From positions 124,001 through 186,000 of the forward strand of contig JAXLNO010000246.1 of the NCBI GenBank assembly GCA_038087875.1: 62,000 bases of DNA, written 5' to 3'. The stretch's first letter is position 1. Each line of letters opens with the position of its first letter. This DNA comes from Malacoraja senta. Taxonomy: Eukaryota. Under the pieces are notes generated by a model that saw nothing but the letters and a program-made list of their open reading frames with translations, was not told the origin of the DNA and ran no database searches. A program made the position numbers and the translations under genes. This document shows positions 36,483 to 49,430 of this stretch, in pieces.

Positions 36483-37194
36483 TAGTTATTTTGCCACTTC
36501 TCTTTGTCACATACTGTAAGCTGCATTCCGTGTTCACATACCTGATGGTGTAGTGGAGAAGTAATTGCCTTTGCATTTAATGATTCACTCAGTGCTTCAA
36601 GTATTTGATGGGCCAGTCAACAAGGATCTTTGTTTTCAATACGAACCACGCTCTACACCACAGCTTATTGCTTAGTTTAGTTGAGTTATAGAGCATGGAT
36701 GCAGAGCCTTCAGCTCATCGAGTTGATACCATCCATCTTGCTATGTTATCCCTCTTTCACATCCGCTTTCGATACACTAGGGCAATTTTACAAAGGCCAA
36801 CTCACCTACAAACCTGCACATCATTGAGATGTGCGAGGAAACCGGAGCACCGGGAGAAATCCCACGTGCTCACAGGGAGAACATGCAAACTCCACATAGA
36901 CAACATCCCAGTACCATGTCCTGTGAATATTTATGGAACACGGTAACGTATGGGGGCTGTGTTTTCTTAACCCTACAGAGCACTGGGAACAATACTCATT
37001 ATCAAAGCTGTGGTGTAATAGCTGTGGAAGTGTTTTATGTGCAACAGACCGAGAATTTCATTGTATATCCACCAGTGTCATTTCTGAATTATGAGCATTT
37101 AATAAAATACTTTTGAATGAGTTTTACCAAGACGTTAGCATGCTATATACTTGTTTTGTCATTGTTAATACAACAGACAGCTATTTACTCAATC

Positions 37195-37845
37195 ATAAGT
37201 TCATAAGATCATGAGTGATAGGAACAGAATTAGGCCATTCGTCCCATCTATCATGGCTGATCTATCCTATCCTCCAAACCCCATTTTCCTGCCTTCTCCC
37301 CATAACCCCTGACGCCCGTACTATTGAAGAATCTATCTATCTCTGCCTTAAAAAAATATCCATTGACAGCCTCCACAGCCTTCAGTGGCAGAATTCCACA
37401 GATTTACCACCTTCTGAATAAAGAAATTCCTCCTCATCTCCTTTCTAAAGGAGTGTACTTTAATTGTGAGGCTTTGCCCTCTGCTGAGATGCTCCCACTA
37501 GTGGAAACATCCTCTCAACATCCACTCTATCCAGGCCTTTCACTATTTGGTAAGTGTAGATGGTTTATGCATGCAACCAATAATATAGCTACCTCAGTAC
37601 CACTAACCACGCCTCAGTTATCAAGTATAAGAACTCTATGTCCCTCTTGCTCCTCCCTGGTTCCAGCATGATGACAGACTGGGTACAGTCAGTGCTGGAA
37701 AATGTTTAACCTGTCTTATCATTAAACGTTAAGTAAAGCTACAAGTGAGTCAGACTTAACATCTTTACAGTAAGTTTCAATGAGATCTCCCTCATCCTTC
37801 TAAACTCCAGTGAGTAGAGGCCTAGTGCCGTCAACCGCTCATCAG
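37195..37845 (-). mobile_element. CR1 3' fragment interrupted by a solo LTR
   Basis: CR1 sequence is continuous once 37555-37774 is removed. Confidence 0.88.
37555..37769 (+). mobile_element. Solo LTR (215 bp), Gypsy/Mag-like
   Basis: TGTAGATG...CATCTTTACA ends, 5-bp TSD GTAAG (37550-37554 and 37770-37774), internal TATAA and ATTAAA. Confidence 0.85.
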
Positions 37846-38992
37846 AGTGGAATAACAACAACTTTACTCTTCATATAACCAATTGTCAAAACTCACACCT
37901 CCACATTCAGGGACAGTCTCTTCCCAATTGTTATTAGGCAACTGAAACCATCCTACCTACAACCAGGGTGCAGTCTTGAACTACTGTCTCCTGCATTGGA
38001 GATCCTCGGACAATCTTTGATCGGACTTTACTGCCATTATTTTGCACTAAACGTTATTCACGTTATTCCCTTTATCATATATCTGTACACTATGGATGGC
38101 TCGATTGTAATCATGTATTGTCTTTCCACTGACTGGTTAGCACATTTAGTTTATTTAGTTTAGAGATACAGGGTGGAAACAGGGTCCACACCAATTCCCA
38201 CACACTAACACTATCCTACACACACTTGGAACAGGTTTACATTTATACCAACCCAATTAACATACATACCCATAGTCAAGATCAAACCCGGCTGTGTGGC
38301 ACTTAAGGCAGCAACTCCAGTGTTGCATCACCATGTTGCCCTTATTGTTGTAGGATGTGCAGGGAATGGAGGTATATTATGTGCAGGCAGATAGGAGTTG
38401 GTCTTGGCATCATGTTCAACACAGACATTGTGGGCCAAAGGGCCTGTTCCTGTGTTGTACTGATCTATTGTGGTGATTGTGAAAACACATAATAATTACT
38501 TGATTGCTAATATCTTAAGTGTATTTACTTGGTACATTAAATATTCAGACAAAACTAAATTCCATTCCCGAGTCACCTAATTCCCACACCCAATTCAGCG
38601 TGAAACATCAACTTTCTTGAGGTACTGATATATTTATTTTCTGTTAATATGTAACTGTGAGTTTAATGTTACACCAAATGGCAATTGGCTTGTTTCCATC
38701 AGTGTTTGCAATCTGGGTGACCCTGAATTTATTGCTTAGGTGTGAGATTCCTCGCAAGGACTGAGATGAGGCAGAAACTTGACTGTTACAGACTTTTTGG
38801 AGGGGTTTGCAAGATTTTGACACAACACCTCTGAAGGCAAGACAATATATTTACCTGCAGCATCAAACACACCTCAGACAGTCATCAAGGCATTCATCAC
38901 TGTCTGTGAAAAAACATGCCCTGCACATTTCCTTTAAACGCTCATCTTAAAGCTATGCCCTCTTGTATTCAATGTTTCCATCCATGTTCAGC

Positions 38993-39316
38993 TTAGTTTA
39001 TTTTAGTTTAGAGATACAGCGTGGAAACAGGCCCTTCGGCCCACCGAGTCCACACCGACTAGTGATCCCTGGGAATTAGCACTACCCTACACACACTAGG
39101 GATGATTTACACATACACCAAGCCAATTAATCTACATACCTGTACATCTTTGGAGTGTGGGAGGAAACCGAAGATCTCGGAGAAAACCCATGCTGTCACG
39201 GAGAGAACGTGCACACTCCACACATACAGCACCCGTGGTCAGGATCGAACCTGGGTCTCCCACGCTGCAAGCGATGTAAAGCAGCAACTCTACCGCTGCG
39301 CCACAGTGACTGCCCC
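38993..39316 (-). mobile_element. tRNA-derived SINE (HE1/V-SINE-like)
   Basis: A/B-box head (tggcgcagcggtag...ggttcgatcc), core ggtttcctcccacactccaaaga, CR1-like tail ending ctaaa repeats. More degraded copies lie at ~36673-36905, ~38145-38342 and ~53765-53960. Confidence 0.9.
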
Positions 39317-39319
39317 TGT

Positions 39320-39850
39320 TCTGACCATCTATCCTATCTATACCTCTCATAGTTTTATGTACTTCTATCAGGTGTCCCATCAAACTCCGGCATTCTAGCG
39401 GAAGCAATCCATGTCTGTCCATCTGTTTCATGTAGCCAACACACACTAGTCGAGGCATCATTCTTGTAAACCTCTGCACCCTTTCCAATGCCTCTACATC
39501 CTTAATGTAATGGGTCAACAAAAACTGCACATAATACTCCAAATGTGGACTACCCAGCCCTATAAAACTGTATTATGACTTCCTGTCTCTAGAAACCCAA
39601 GATTCAACCCCAAGATCTCTCTGTAGATTAATGCTGTTAAGGGTCTTGCCAATAACTGTATACTTTTCCTTTACATTCGACCACTCAAAGTGTAACACCT
39701 CATACTGACTCAAAATGACCTCCATTTGCATTTTTTCTGCCCATTTCTGTATCTGATGTATTTCCCAATGTACACTATGGCAGCCTTCTTCACTTTTCAC
39801 AACTCCATCAATGTTGGGGGCGCCTGGAAACTAACTAACCAACCCAACCA
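39320..39850 (-). mobile_element. CR1 fragment
   Basis: EYYVQF..HYIKDVEALERVQRFTRMMP; WAEKMQME...EVLHF. Confidence 0.85.
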
Positions 39851-39935
39851 CTGGGTGGCGCCAGCAATGGCTGCCTCTCCAACAGTCTGTCTGTCTGTCC
39901 CATCCTTCTTTGTGTTTTAATAGTATGTGTTAAAT

Positions 39936-40771
39936 TTGGGGTTGTCAACCTACGGCCCATGGGCCGGATCCGGACTGTAACTCGAAATCATCCGACCCGC
40001 AGGCATAACACAAAACACACAACACTTATCCGAGAGTAGTTCTCACACACACACACAGCCAATTACATATCACAACTCCTGTCGACTCAAGGGCCTGTCC
40101 CACTGTACGAGCTAATTCAAGAGTTCTCCCGAGTTTCCCCTGATTCGAACTCGGAGAATAACGGTAATAGCCGCTCGTAGGTACTCGGGGCTCTCGTGGA
40201 CATTTTTCAACATGTTTAAAAATCTTCACGAGTCGTCACGAGCTTACCGCGTTTCCTGAGTACTTGCCGTTAGCGTCCCGAGCTCCGACGTACCCGCTAC
40301 GTACATTCTACGTACTTACCACGAGTTTGATTTTTTATAAACTCGGGAGAGCTCTTGAATTACCTCGTACAGTGGGACAGGCCCTTAAATCTCTCTCTCC
40401 GTCCCTACCCTCCCACCCCCTCTTCCCTCCTCCTGACCACCCGAAGTGAAAGCGCCCCCCCCCCCACCTCGGTGCTGCGGCTTGTGTGAAACTGCAGCGG
40501 GATGAGAGCGGCTTCGACTGGAGCGGTTTCCTCGGGAACCCAGCGGCGGACTGGGTGGAGGAAAACAAAGCATCAGCGAGGTCGGTGAGCAATTCCGCTC
40601 CGGCCACAGTGTTGCACTTTAGTCGTATTTGTCGCAGGGATAATTGTCTTTTTGTTACGATTTTTTAAAACTATAATGAATTAATTATTAACTATGGTGA
40701 CAGATGTGGCCCGCCATCCACTCACAGACATGGGTCCTGGCTCCTATGCAGAACAAGGATGCCGACCCATG
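39936..40771. mobile_element. Non-autonomous hAT (Charlie-like) transposon
   Basis: Degenerate TIRs ggggttgtcaacc and ggatgccgaccc; exact 8-bp TSD TGTTAAAT (39928-39935 and 40772-40779). Confidence 0.85.
40089..40386. mobile_element. Palindromic MITE (PIF/Harbinger-like ends)
   Basis: About 48-bp TIRs aagggcctgtcccactgtacgag.taattcaagag.tctcccgagttt; a second copy lies at 53994-54310. Confidence 0.85.
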
Positions 40772-42949
40772 TGTTAAATGTATGGTTTTAGTGGTCTTTG
40801 GCTTGTTTTACGTGGGGTGGGGTGTGGGGTTGGGGGAAACCTTTTCTAATATCTTAACTCGATGGAGATGCGATTTTTTTCTGTATTGTATCTCGGTCCG
40901 CACTGCGGCCTAACATCCAGGAGTTGCCGTCCTTTGGTGGAGACCGACTATTGAGAGCTCCATCGCGGGAGCCTGCGGAGTTACCATCACGCAGCTCATG
41001 AACACTTTGCCAGAGATCGACCTCGGAACTCCAACCGTGTGTACTTGCGGACTTAACATCACGGAGCTCACGGTCTCTGGTCAGAGACCGACCTCGGGAG
41101 TTCCAAGCCGCAGGTGCTTCGACCACCCCGACAAAGTTGCTTCAACCGCCCGCTGCGGGAGCTTCGATCACCCAGACGATGGTTCGACTGCCCCGACTGC
41201 GGGAGAATAAAAAGAAAGAAGATTGGACTTTTTTTGCCTTCCATCACAGTGAGGAATGTGGGAATCTGCCGTGGTGGATGTTTATGTTAACTTTTATGGC
41301 ATTGTGTCGTGTTGCTTGTCTTGGGCCAGGGGTGGGATCCAGTACAAGCAAGGCCAACAACTTTAATGACACATGGATAAACAATCAAAATAAGAATGCA
41401 AGGAAACAACAAGAGTCCAATCAGAACATAGACACAAAATGCTGGAGTAACTCGTCGGGACAGGCAGCATCTCTGAAGAGAAGGAATGGGTGACATTTTG
41501 GGTCGAGACCCTTCTTCAGGCTGTCAGGGGAATGGGAGGTCGATAGATAAGGAAGTGTATAGATTAGGATGTGTAAGATGTGAAAACAGGACAAAGGGAA
41601 TAGAGATCAAGGAAAATGTAGCAACAAAGCAAACAGAGATAAAGAAGGGAAACTCACGGAAAAGATTGACAAGGGGAGGATCTGCTACATAGTGAGAAGC
41701 TGTGGTAAATATAACACCTTTATTTAGCAGCAAGCTGCTTCGATAAACAAATAGGTAACAAGCCAACAGATGGTTACACTGATAAAGTTATACCAACAAG
41801 GGTGTTTGCAGGTTCAAGTGCAACATAAACTCTGGCCTTGAAGTATGATACTGTTTGGTTGGTTTCTGTGTGCGTACGCAATGAGATTCTTTACAATGTA
41901 AATCAGAATATGAAAAACTGAGAAAAAAGTAAAATATTTAGATTCATTCTTGTAAAACCTTTCACAACATTTCAAAAACATTTAGAACCACTGAGTATTT
42001 CTTGAAATGTAAACACTATTGAATGAATAAACAAAGAACATTGAGCAGGATGACACAGGGATAAGCCCTAGCATCACAATGTCTGTGCTGGCTATGTTGC
42101 CATTACAAACTAATCCCATCTTCCTGCACATGGTCTATCCAGACTGAAGAAGGGTCTCGACCCAAAACATCACCCAGTCCTTCTCTCCTGAGATGCTGCC
42201 TTTCCCACTGAGTTACTCAAGATTTTTGTGGCTACCTTTGGTTTACACCAGCATCTGCTGTTCCTTTCCACACACCCCTTCATTTCCTCTCTGTTCACAT
42301 GTCACGACCCAAGAGAGACAAGAGAGTTAAGCTTCTTTAATGAAATGTCTAATTAAATGTTCCAACAGAACAATTACATTATTACATGCAGCAGCCTAAC
42401 AGGCCCATAAACAGAGATTATAAACAGAGAGAATAGATAAAAAAGATAATAATAAAAAGAAAAAAGAAAAGAGCCACTGTGTGGCGCGACAGTCAAAATC
42501 AATTTATTAGTTAACATAAAACATAGAGCAGTACCACATACATGCCTGCTTAAATGCCTTTAAACATTGCTATCATATCTGTTTCCACTACTTCCTCTGA
42601 CAGCATGCTCCAAGCACCCACCACTCTCTGTAAAAAATCATTTAAGATTTACTCCTCTCTACTCTGTGTCTCTCATAATTATATATCCTTCCATCAGGTG
42701 TCCCCCACCCCCCCTCATATTCCAACTCCACAAGAGCAAATGATCTAAGTTTGTCCAACCTGTCCTCACAGCTGATACTCTCAAACACTGCTTTCAATTT
42801 TCATTCAAAGGGAAATGTGATGAGCGACAGATGATCTGTGTTCTTCGGTGGTATCAACTGCAAGATAAATATCAATGAGGATTCTGGGATTAACCTGTAT
42901 TCCTTAAATAACCTTTTGGGATTATTTTGTAGAGGGCTGAAATATATAT

Positions 42950-43768
42950 CAGGCCATTCAGCCCACCGAATCCACACCAGTCATTGACCATCCGTTCACA
43001 CCAGTTCAGTGTTATCACATTTATGCATCACATTTTGACTTCACGGAGGCCGATTAAGCAACAAGCCAGCATGTGGTGTACGAGGAAGCTGGAGCACCTG
43101 GAGGTAGCCAGCGCAGTCACAGGGGGAAGGTGCAAACTCCACACGGACAGTACTTGAGGGCAGGAACAAGGCCAGGTCATAAGGAATGGGTGTAGAATTA
43201 GGCCATTTGGCCCATCTAGTCCGCTCCACCATTCAATCATTACTGATCTATCTCTCCCTCCTCACCCCATTCTCCTGCCTTCTCCCCATAACCTCGGACA
43301 CTTGTACCAATCAAGAATCTATCTATCTCTGACTTTAAAATATCCACTGACGGCCTCCACAGCCTTCTGTGGCAACAAATTCCATGGATTTGTCACCCTC
43401 TGCCTTAAGAAATGTCTCCTCATCTTCCTAAAAAAATGTCCTTCAATTCTGAGGCTATGACCTCTAGTCCTAGGTTCTCTCACTAGTGGATACATCCTCT
43501 CCACATCCACTCTATCCAAACCATTCACTATTCTGTAGGTTTTAATGAGGTCTCCCCTCATTCTTCTAAACTCCAAAGAGTACAGGCCCAGTGCTAACAA
43601 ATGTTCATGATAGGTTAACCTACTCATTTCTGGGATCATTGTTGTAAACCTCCTCTGGACCCTCTCCAGAGCCAGCACATCCTTCCTCAGATATGGTGCC
43701 CAGAATTGCTCACAATATTCTCTAGCACTGAGGGAGCAGCTCTGCCAGTTGTGCCATTGTGCCGGCCT
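42950..43768 (-). mobile_element. tRNA SINE split by a CR1 3' fragment (43175-43720)
   Basis: SINE body at 42950-43175 and head at 43720-43768; the insert encodes EYCEQFWAPYLRKDVLALERVQRRFT. Confidence 0.85.
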
Positions 43769-43944
43769 GGTAGTATTTTGGTTTAACATGTGGTTGTAAA
43801 ATTGCATCACAAACTCTGCAGAACGCCCTGTATAGCACTAGATTCCACTGATGTTTCTTTGGTGGGATATTGACCCATGGCTCTCTGACTGAGAATGGAG
43901 ATATGAAAAAAAAAATAGCTTTGTACATAACTCAGTTACTTCTT

Positions 43945-44260
43945 GCCTGAGTGAATGGAGCCCGCAGCTGGGGCCTGGGCCGGTGCCACGAAGGCGTCCG
44001 GAGAGGACCCAGCAGCGTTAATGAAAAGGCCAGTGTGGCAGTCGATGATGGCGCCGACCGATGAACAAGGATGGACAAGTGGAATTGAGGACGCCGCTGC
44101 TGAGGGAAGGAGCAAAGGAGGACCCGGCGTGGGGGACGGGAATTTGTAACTTTGTAAACACCCTTTATGAGCAAATATTTCCATACCTTGTGTGTGCAAG
44201 CAAAGAATGTCACTGAGACTTGTCACATGTGACAATAAAATATTCAATTCAATTCAATCA
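43945..44260 (+). mobile_element. 3' end of a non-autonomous retroelement with a LINE-type tail
   Basis: Ends gaatgtcactgagacttgtcacatgtgacaataaa(attca)n; related to the minus-strand element at 35571-35880. Confidence 0.6.
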
Positions 44261-45145
44261 ACAGCCACCTCTCATAATCTATTGATAACAGGCCTTTTGT
44301 TACAAGATGGCATTCTCTGGAAAGGCGTAGGTTATTTTAAAATGTTTTAATCAATTTCTCTGATACAAGTGCACTGACCTCTTGTTCTGCTTTAGCTGTA
44401 AGTAGACACACTCTCTACAATACCTTTCTCACACGACCAAACTTTGAGGATCAGTTTGCACATGGTATGTTTAAGAGCTATTTTCATTTACCGGGAGACA
44501 TCACAGCCTAGCCTGAACTAGACTGCATGCTACTCTATAGTTAATGGCTTTTTGTCTGTCAGTCTGATATTGATTACAGTTGAATTCAGGAAACCCAATA
44601 CCAAACACAGCCTTTCACAAGGAAAAGCAAACAAATTGTGGCATTTACTTCAAGAAATACTCACACTCCCTATTGGACAATGTTAATGAATTCTGCTTTC
44701 AAACAATGAGTTCAAACCATGCTAAACAAGTCCAAGGAATTCTTAATGTAAACAAAGGAACAGCAGATGCTGGTTTAAGCCGAAGATAGACACAAAATGT
44801 CATAGTAACGCTGAGGCACAGGCAGCATCTCTGGATGGAAGGAATGGGTGATGTTTTGGGTTGAGATCCTTTGGGGAAAAATCATCATGGCCTATGTGTA
44901 AATCGCATGTCAATGAGAATGGAGATGTTGACTGTGAAATGTGAGTCAGTGGGATTTGGATGGAAATGTGAATGCACAGAATTTAAAAGTAGTCTATTGG
45001 ATCTGAACACATCTTGGTCTGAAGTAGGGTCTCGACCCACAATTTCACCCATTCCTTCTCTCCAAAGATGCTGCCTGTGAGTATCTACAGCATTTTGTGT
45101 CTGTCTCCCGTGTAAACTGGCATCTGCAGTTCCTTCCTACACATT

Positions 45146-45302
45146 TGGTATGTGAATCAGTATTGTGTGAATGGATAATTTTTTGAATGGGTATATGCTT
45201 CAGAATGGTGTTGGTGTGTGCATTTTTGAATGGGGTATGTGATTCCGAATGGTGTGAATGGAGGAATTTTTGAACGGGGCATGTGATTCAAAATGGTGTG
45301 AA
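45146..45302. repeat. About 44-bp minisatellite, about 3.5 degenerate copies
   Basis: ttttgaa.ggg..at.tg.ttc..aatggtgt at ~45181, ~45224 and ~45268. Confidence 0.75.
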
Positions 45303-45849
45303 CAGATCAAGTTTATCAATGACAGATACATTTATGCAATTAATCTATATTTATCATATCTAATTTTATAACATAAATATGAACCAAATTGAATTAATTA
45401 CGTTCCACCCTGTTACTCGATCTTTTAGATAGTTGAGAAGGTATTGAAAGAGTGCCTTGTTCACTCAAGAACCAAGGCAATAGTGGACAGTTTATCAGCA
45501 AACACTTGGCCCAGTGCCCGAGGTGCTCCAGTCACTAAGTGATGGAAATGCATTTGTCATTCCACAAGTCTCACATTGTGTAAGTGGTTGGGGCTGGAGT
45601 TTCAGCCCAACAGATCAGTCAGAAGAGGTACAGGAACAGAGGCAGGGTGAATGTGTGCTTTGTAGACTCTCAGATACAGAATATTACAGGTCAGGAACTC
45701 ACCCTTTGGCCCACAATGTATATGCCGAATGTAATGCCAAGATAAACTGACCTAGTCGAATGCAAACAGAAATGTTACATTCAATGAACACTTTCACATC
45801 ATACAACCCATCTCCAATGAAAATTATCTCGTTCCTTCCATGACTTTTA

Positions 45850-47060
45850 GTTATGGAGTCATAGAGTGATACAGTTTGGGAACAGGCCCTTCGGCCCAAC
45901 TAATCCACAACGGCCAACATGTCCCAGCTACACTAGTCCCACCTGCCTGCCTTTGGTCCATATCCCTCCAAACCTGTCATATCCATGTACATGTCTAACT
46001 GTTTCTTAAATGAGGGGATAGTCCCAGCCTCAATTACCTCCTCTGGGAGCTTGTTCCATACACCCACCACACTTTGTGTGAAAACGTAACCCTTCGGATT
46101 CCTATTAAATCTTATCCCACAGACCTTGAAACGATGTCATCTGGTCCTCGATTCCCCTACTCTGGGCAAAAGACTCTGTGCATCTACCCGAACTATTCCT
46201 CTCATGGTTTTGTATACCTCTTATAAGATCACCCCTCATCCTCCTGCGCTCCAAGGAATAGAGACCCAGCCTACTCAACCTCTCCCTATAACTCACACCC
46301 TCTAGTCCTGGCAACATCCTTGTAAATATTTTCTGACCAGTTTCAAGCTTGACAATATAATTCCTATAACATGGTGCCCAGAACTGAACACAATATTCTA
46401 AATGCGGTCTCACCAACATCTTATACAACTGCAACATGACCTCCCAACTTCTGTACTCATTATTCTGACTGATGAAGGCCAATGTGCCAAAAGCCTTTTT
46501 GACCACCTTATCTACCTATGACTCGACCTTTAAGGAACCTTGCACTTGTACCCCTAGATCCCTCTCCTCTCAACACTCCCCAGAGACCGACCATTTACTG
46601 TGTTAGATGTCCCAAAAAGCAACACATCACACTTCTCTGTATTAAATTCCATCAACCATTCCTCAGCCCACTGGCCAATCGATCCAGATCCTGCTGCAAT
46701 CGTTCACAACCATTGTATACCTGCAATTGTTCACAACCATCGTCACTATCTGCAAAACCACTCCATTTTGAATCATCAGCAACCTTGCCCCACATTATAT
46801 CATCCAAATCAACTATGTAGATGACAAACAGTAACGGGCCCAGCACCAAACCCGGAGTCACACCACTAGTCACACGCCTCCAATCAGTGAAGCAACCTTC
46901 CACCATCACCCTCTGCTTCCTTCCATGGAGCCATTTGCTATCCATTCAGCTATCTCTCCTTGGATCTCATGCGATCAAATCTTCCAGAGCAGCCTACCAT
47001 GCGGAGCCTTTTCGAATACATTTCTGAAATCCATGTATACAACATCTACAGCTCTGTAGA
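45850..47060 (-). mobile_element. CR1 ORF2 RT fragment plus 3' UTR
   Basis: WLHGRKQRVMVEG...VTSGV..GLVLGPLLFVIYI.DLD...ADD; LVRPHLEYCVQFWAP. Confidence 0.93.
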
Positions 47061-47222
47061 GCTTCCACAGCTCCAGTTGTGCAAAGTCATGGATAACATA
47101 TCTCCGGTCAGTCAGCTAATTTCCATTGTGTTCAGTGTGTTGGACTGAGGAAAAAAATGGGATTAAAGGATGAGATTCTTTCTCCAGTTGCTGTGATACA
47201 TTGTAAATGGATCGATTGTATT

Positions 47223-47417
47223 GTGTACGAAGGAACTGCAGATACTGGTTTAAACTGAAGATAGACACAAAAAAGCTAGAATAACTCAGCGGGGCAGGCA
47301 GCATCTCTGGAGAGAAGAATTGAAGAAGGGTCTCAACCCGAAACTTCACCAATTCCTTCTCTCCAGAGATGCTGCCTGTCCGGCTGAGTTACTCCAGCTT
47401 TTTGTGTCTATCTTCAG
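47223..47417. mobile_element. Fold-back Penelope terminus with a hammerhead-like loop
   Basis: About 66-bp inverted arms 47255-47320 and 47352-47417 around tgaagaagggtctcaacccgaaacttc; atcgatt occurs on both flanks. Confidence 0.85.
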
Positions 47418-48169
47418 ATCGATTACAATCATGTATTGACTTTCTGCTGACTGGTTAGCACACAACAAAAGCTTTTCACTGTAAACAGCTGTCACTGTTT
47501 CACAATAAACTAAACTGAACTGAGACTATTAATACTTCATACCTGTGCATAAACCTGGGCAAATGAATTTTAAAATAATTCTTGACTATAACCTGCTTAT
47601 GTATTCAAGTGACAGTGGGTGCATTGATCCAATGGTACTTTGTTGTCGCATATACCTGGGTTCAGTGAAATCCCTTTTTAAATACAGTTCATTAAACAAA
47701 ATACTATCCACAAGGACAATCATACTTTAGTACAAGACTACAGGAAATATAGATTACATTGAGACAATACACAAGAGTTACCACATTTCCACTACATTTT
47801 GCATATCAAAATTCCAAAGTTGTAAACAATGTCGAGATTTAACTTTACCTTATCACCAATTGCTTTGGTGGCAGCACTGGTTTGGAGTTGCAGGATTTAG
47901 CCCACAATGTTTGGTATTAGTGTAAAGTTCATAACATCAGGGTTATTTTTGCATGGAATAGACACTGGTCACGGCCCCACCTTGAATCTGATTTCATGAA
48001 TTAATTGGCCATTTTACACTTGGCCAGACATTCCTTATCAAGATTACTAGAAGCGACAACCTGCCCAGCCAATGTTACCTCAAAGTGACTATGAGTGTGG
48101 TGAACATGGATTAACTTGGAAAGTTTCCTGAAAGATCAACACACATTGAAATGATAACACAATCAACTG

Positions 48170-48500
48170 TTATTCGATGCACAGAGACTTTGCCCAGAGT
48201 AGTGGAATCGAGGACCAGACGACATAGGTTCAAGGTGAAGGGGAAAAAGATTTAATAGGGATCCGAGGGTTAACTTTTTCACACAAAGTGTGGTGGGTAT
48301 ATGGAACAACTGCCAGAGGAGGTAGTTGAGGCTGGGACTATCCTATCCTTTAAGAAACAGTTGGACAGGTATATGGATAGGACAGGATTGGAGGGGTATG
48401 GACCAATCACAGGCAAGTGGGACCAGTGTAACTGGGACATTGGTGGCCGGTGTGGGCGAGTTGGGCCAAAAGGCCTGTTTCCAAACTGTATCACTCTATG
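48170..48500 (+). mobile_element. CR1 3' fragment
   Basis: QLPEEVVEAGTILSFKKQLDRYM; inverted relative to 45850-46180. Confidence 0.9.
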
Positions 48501-48894
48501 ACATTAATTAACGACAATCAAGTAGATTGTTTGAAGCTGTTCCCATTACTTATGCAGATACCAAGTAACCCAATCAAGATAACTCAATGTTAGGTGCCTG
48601 GAAAATGTAGAGTACTCAGTAATCAAGATCTGGAACTTTAGTGACCTTCCTTCCATTATAAAGTCAAAAGTGATTGCTGTTGATTGCACAATGCTCAATT
48701 TCATTTCCTCATTTATTCACTGCACCACAAGCTTCAACCAGCGACAAAACATACTGCAGATACGTGTCGTCTAGCCCATCAGAACATTCCAAACTCAACA
48801 TCTCAAGCACAAGAACAACAAGGTCAGCAGATGTGTGGGAACCTGACCTGGGATCGGCAGTTCGAATTGAATCACCATTTGTTCATAATTGAGC

Positions 48895-49430
48895 TTGGTT
48901 TAGAGATATGTCATGCCGGCAGTTCGAAATAAACAGGTCGGGAGAGGGTAGAAGGCCGGCACAGGGGGTTAAAGAGGAGGGGGGATGTTGGATACGGAGG
49001 ATGGTGTTTTCACCGGGAGGTGAGGACTCCTTCCCGTAGAAAAAGGCTTGGAGATGGAGGCAACTGAAGAAGATCTCTACATCATGGTAAGCCCTGAACT
49101 CGTTGAGGTGGGGGTGTAGGGATACAAAGATAAGGCCTCTGTTGAAGACTGACTGTTCTGTATCAGAAGGAAGTCGCAGGGGGGGGGAAGGATCCCAGAC
49201 AGCTCTACTATACATTGTAGGGGCCAGCAGCCAATGGCCGAAAACTGGGACTGCAAACCATGTGAGTTAATGTCTTTGGCCGGCTGGTGGCCGGTGACGA
49301 GGCGAGGATCGGCGGAGTCAATGGGCCCATGAGGGGCTAGAGTGCAGGTAAAGGTTGGCGGCAAACATGGCCTGGAAGCTTTGTGGGCCGATGGTGGCAT
49401 CGGCAACATTGTCAGTCGTCAGGCCTGGAA
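48895..49430 (-). mobile_element. Penelope-like element internal fragment (N-terminal ORF region)
   Basis: LPSDTEQSVFNRGLIFVSL.P...EF....DVEIFF..L.LQAFF resembles the Neptune/Penelope N-terminal region. Confidence 0.65.

Larger units (their letters stand above)
39853..41315 (+). mobile_element. Unclassified GC-rich non-coding interspersed element (host of the nested hAT and MITE)
   Basis: Shares architecture and the block gacttt..gcc.tccatcacagtgagga...gtggtggatgtt with 51694-52540. Confidence 0.7.

Noticed and set aside
38640..38850. Open minus-strand frame of about 68 codons behind a good acceptor (ttgccttcag)
   Set aside because: No recognisable domain and no partner exon.
38993..39316. 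tRNA gene (A and B boxes)
   Set aside because: It is a SINE head continuing into core and LINE-like tail, with several copies in the window.
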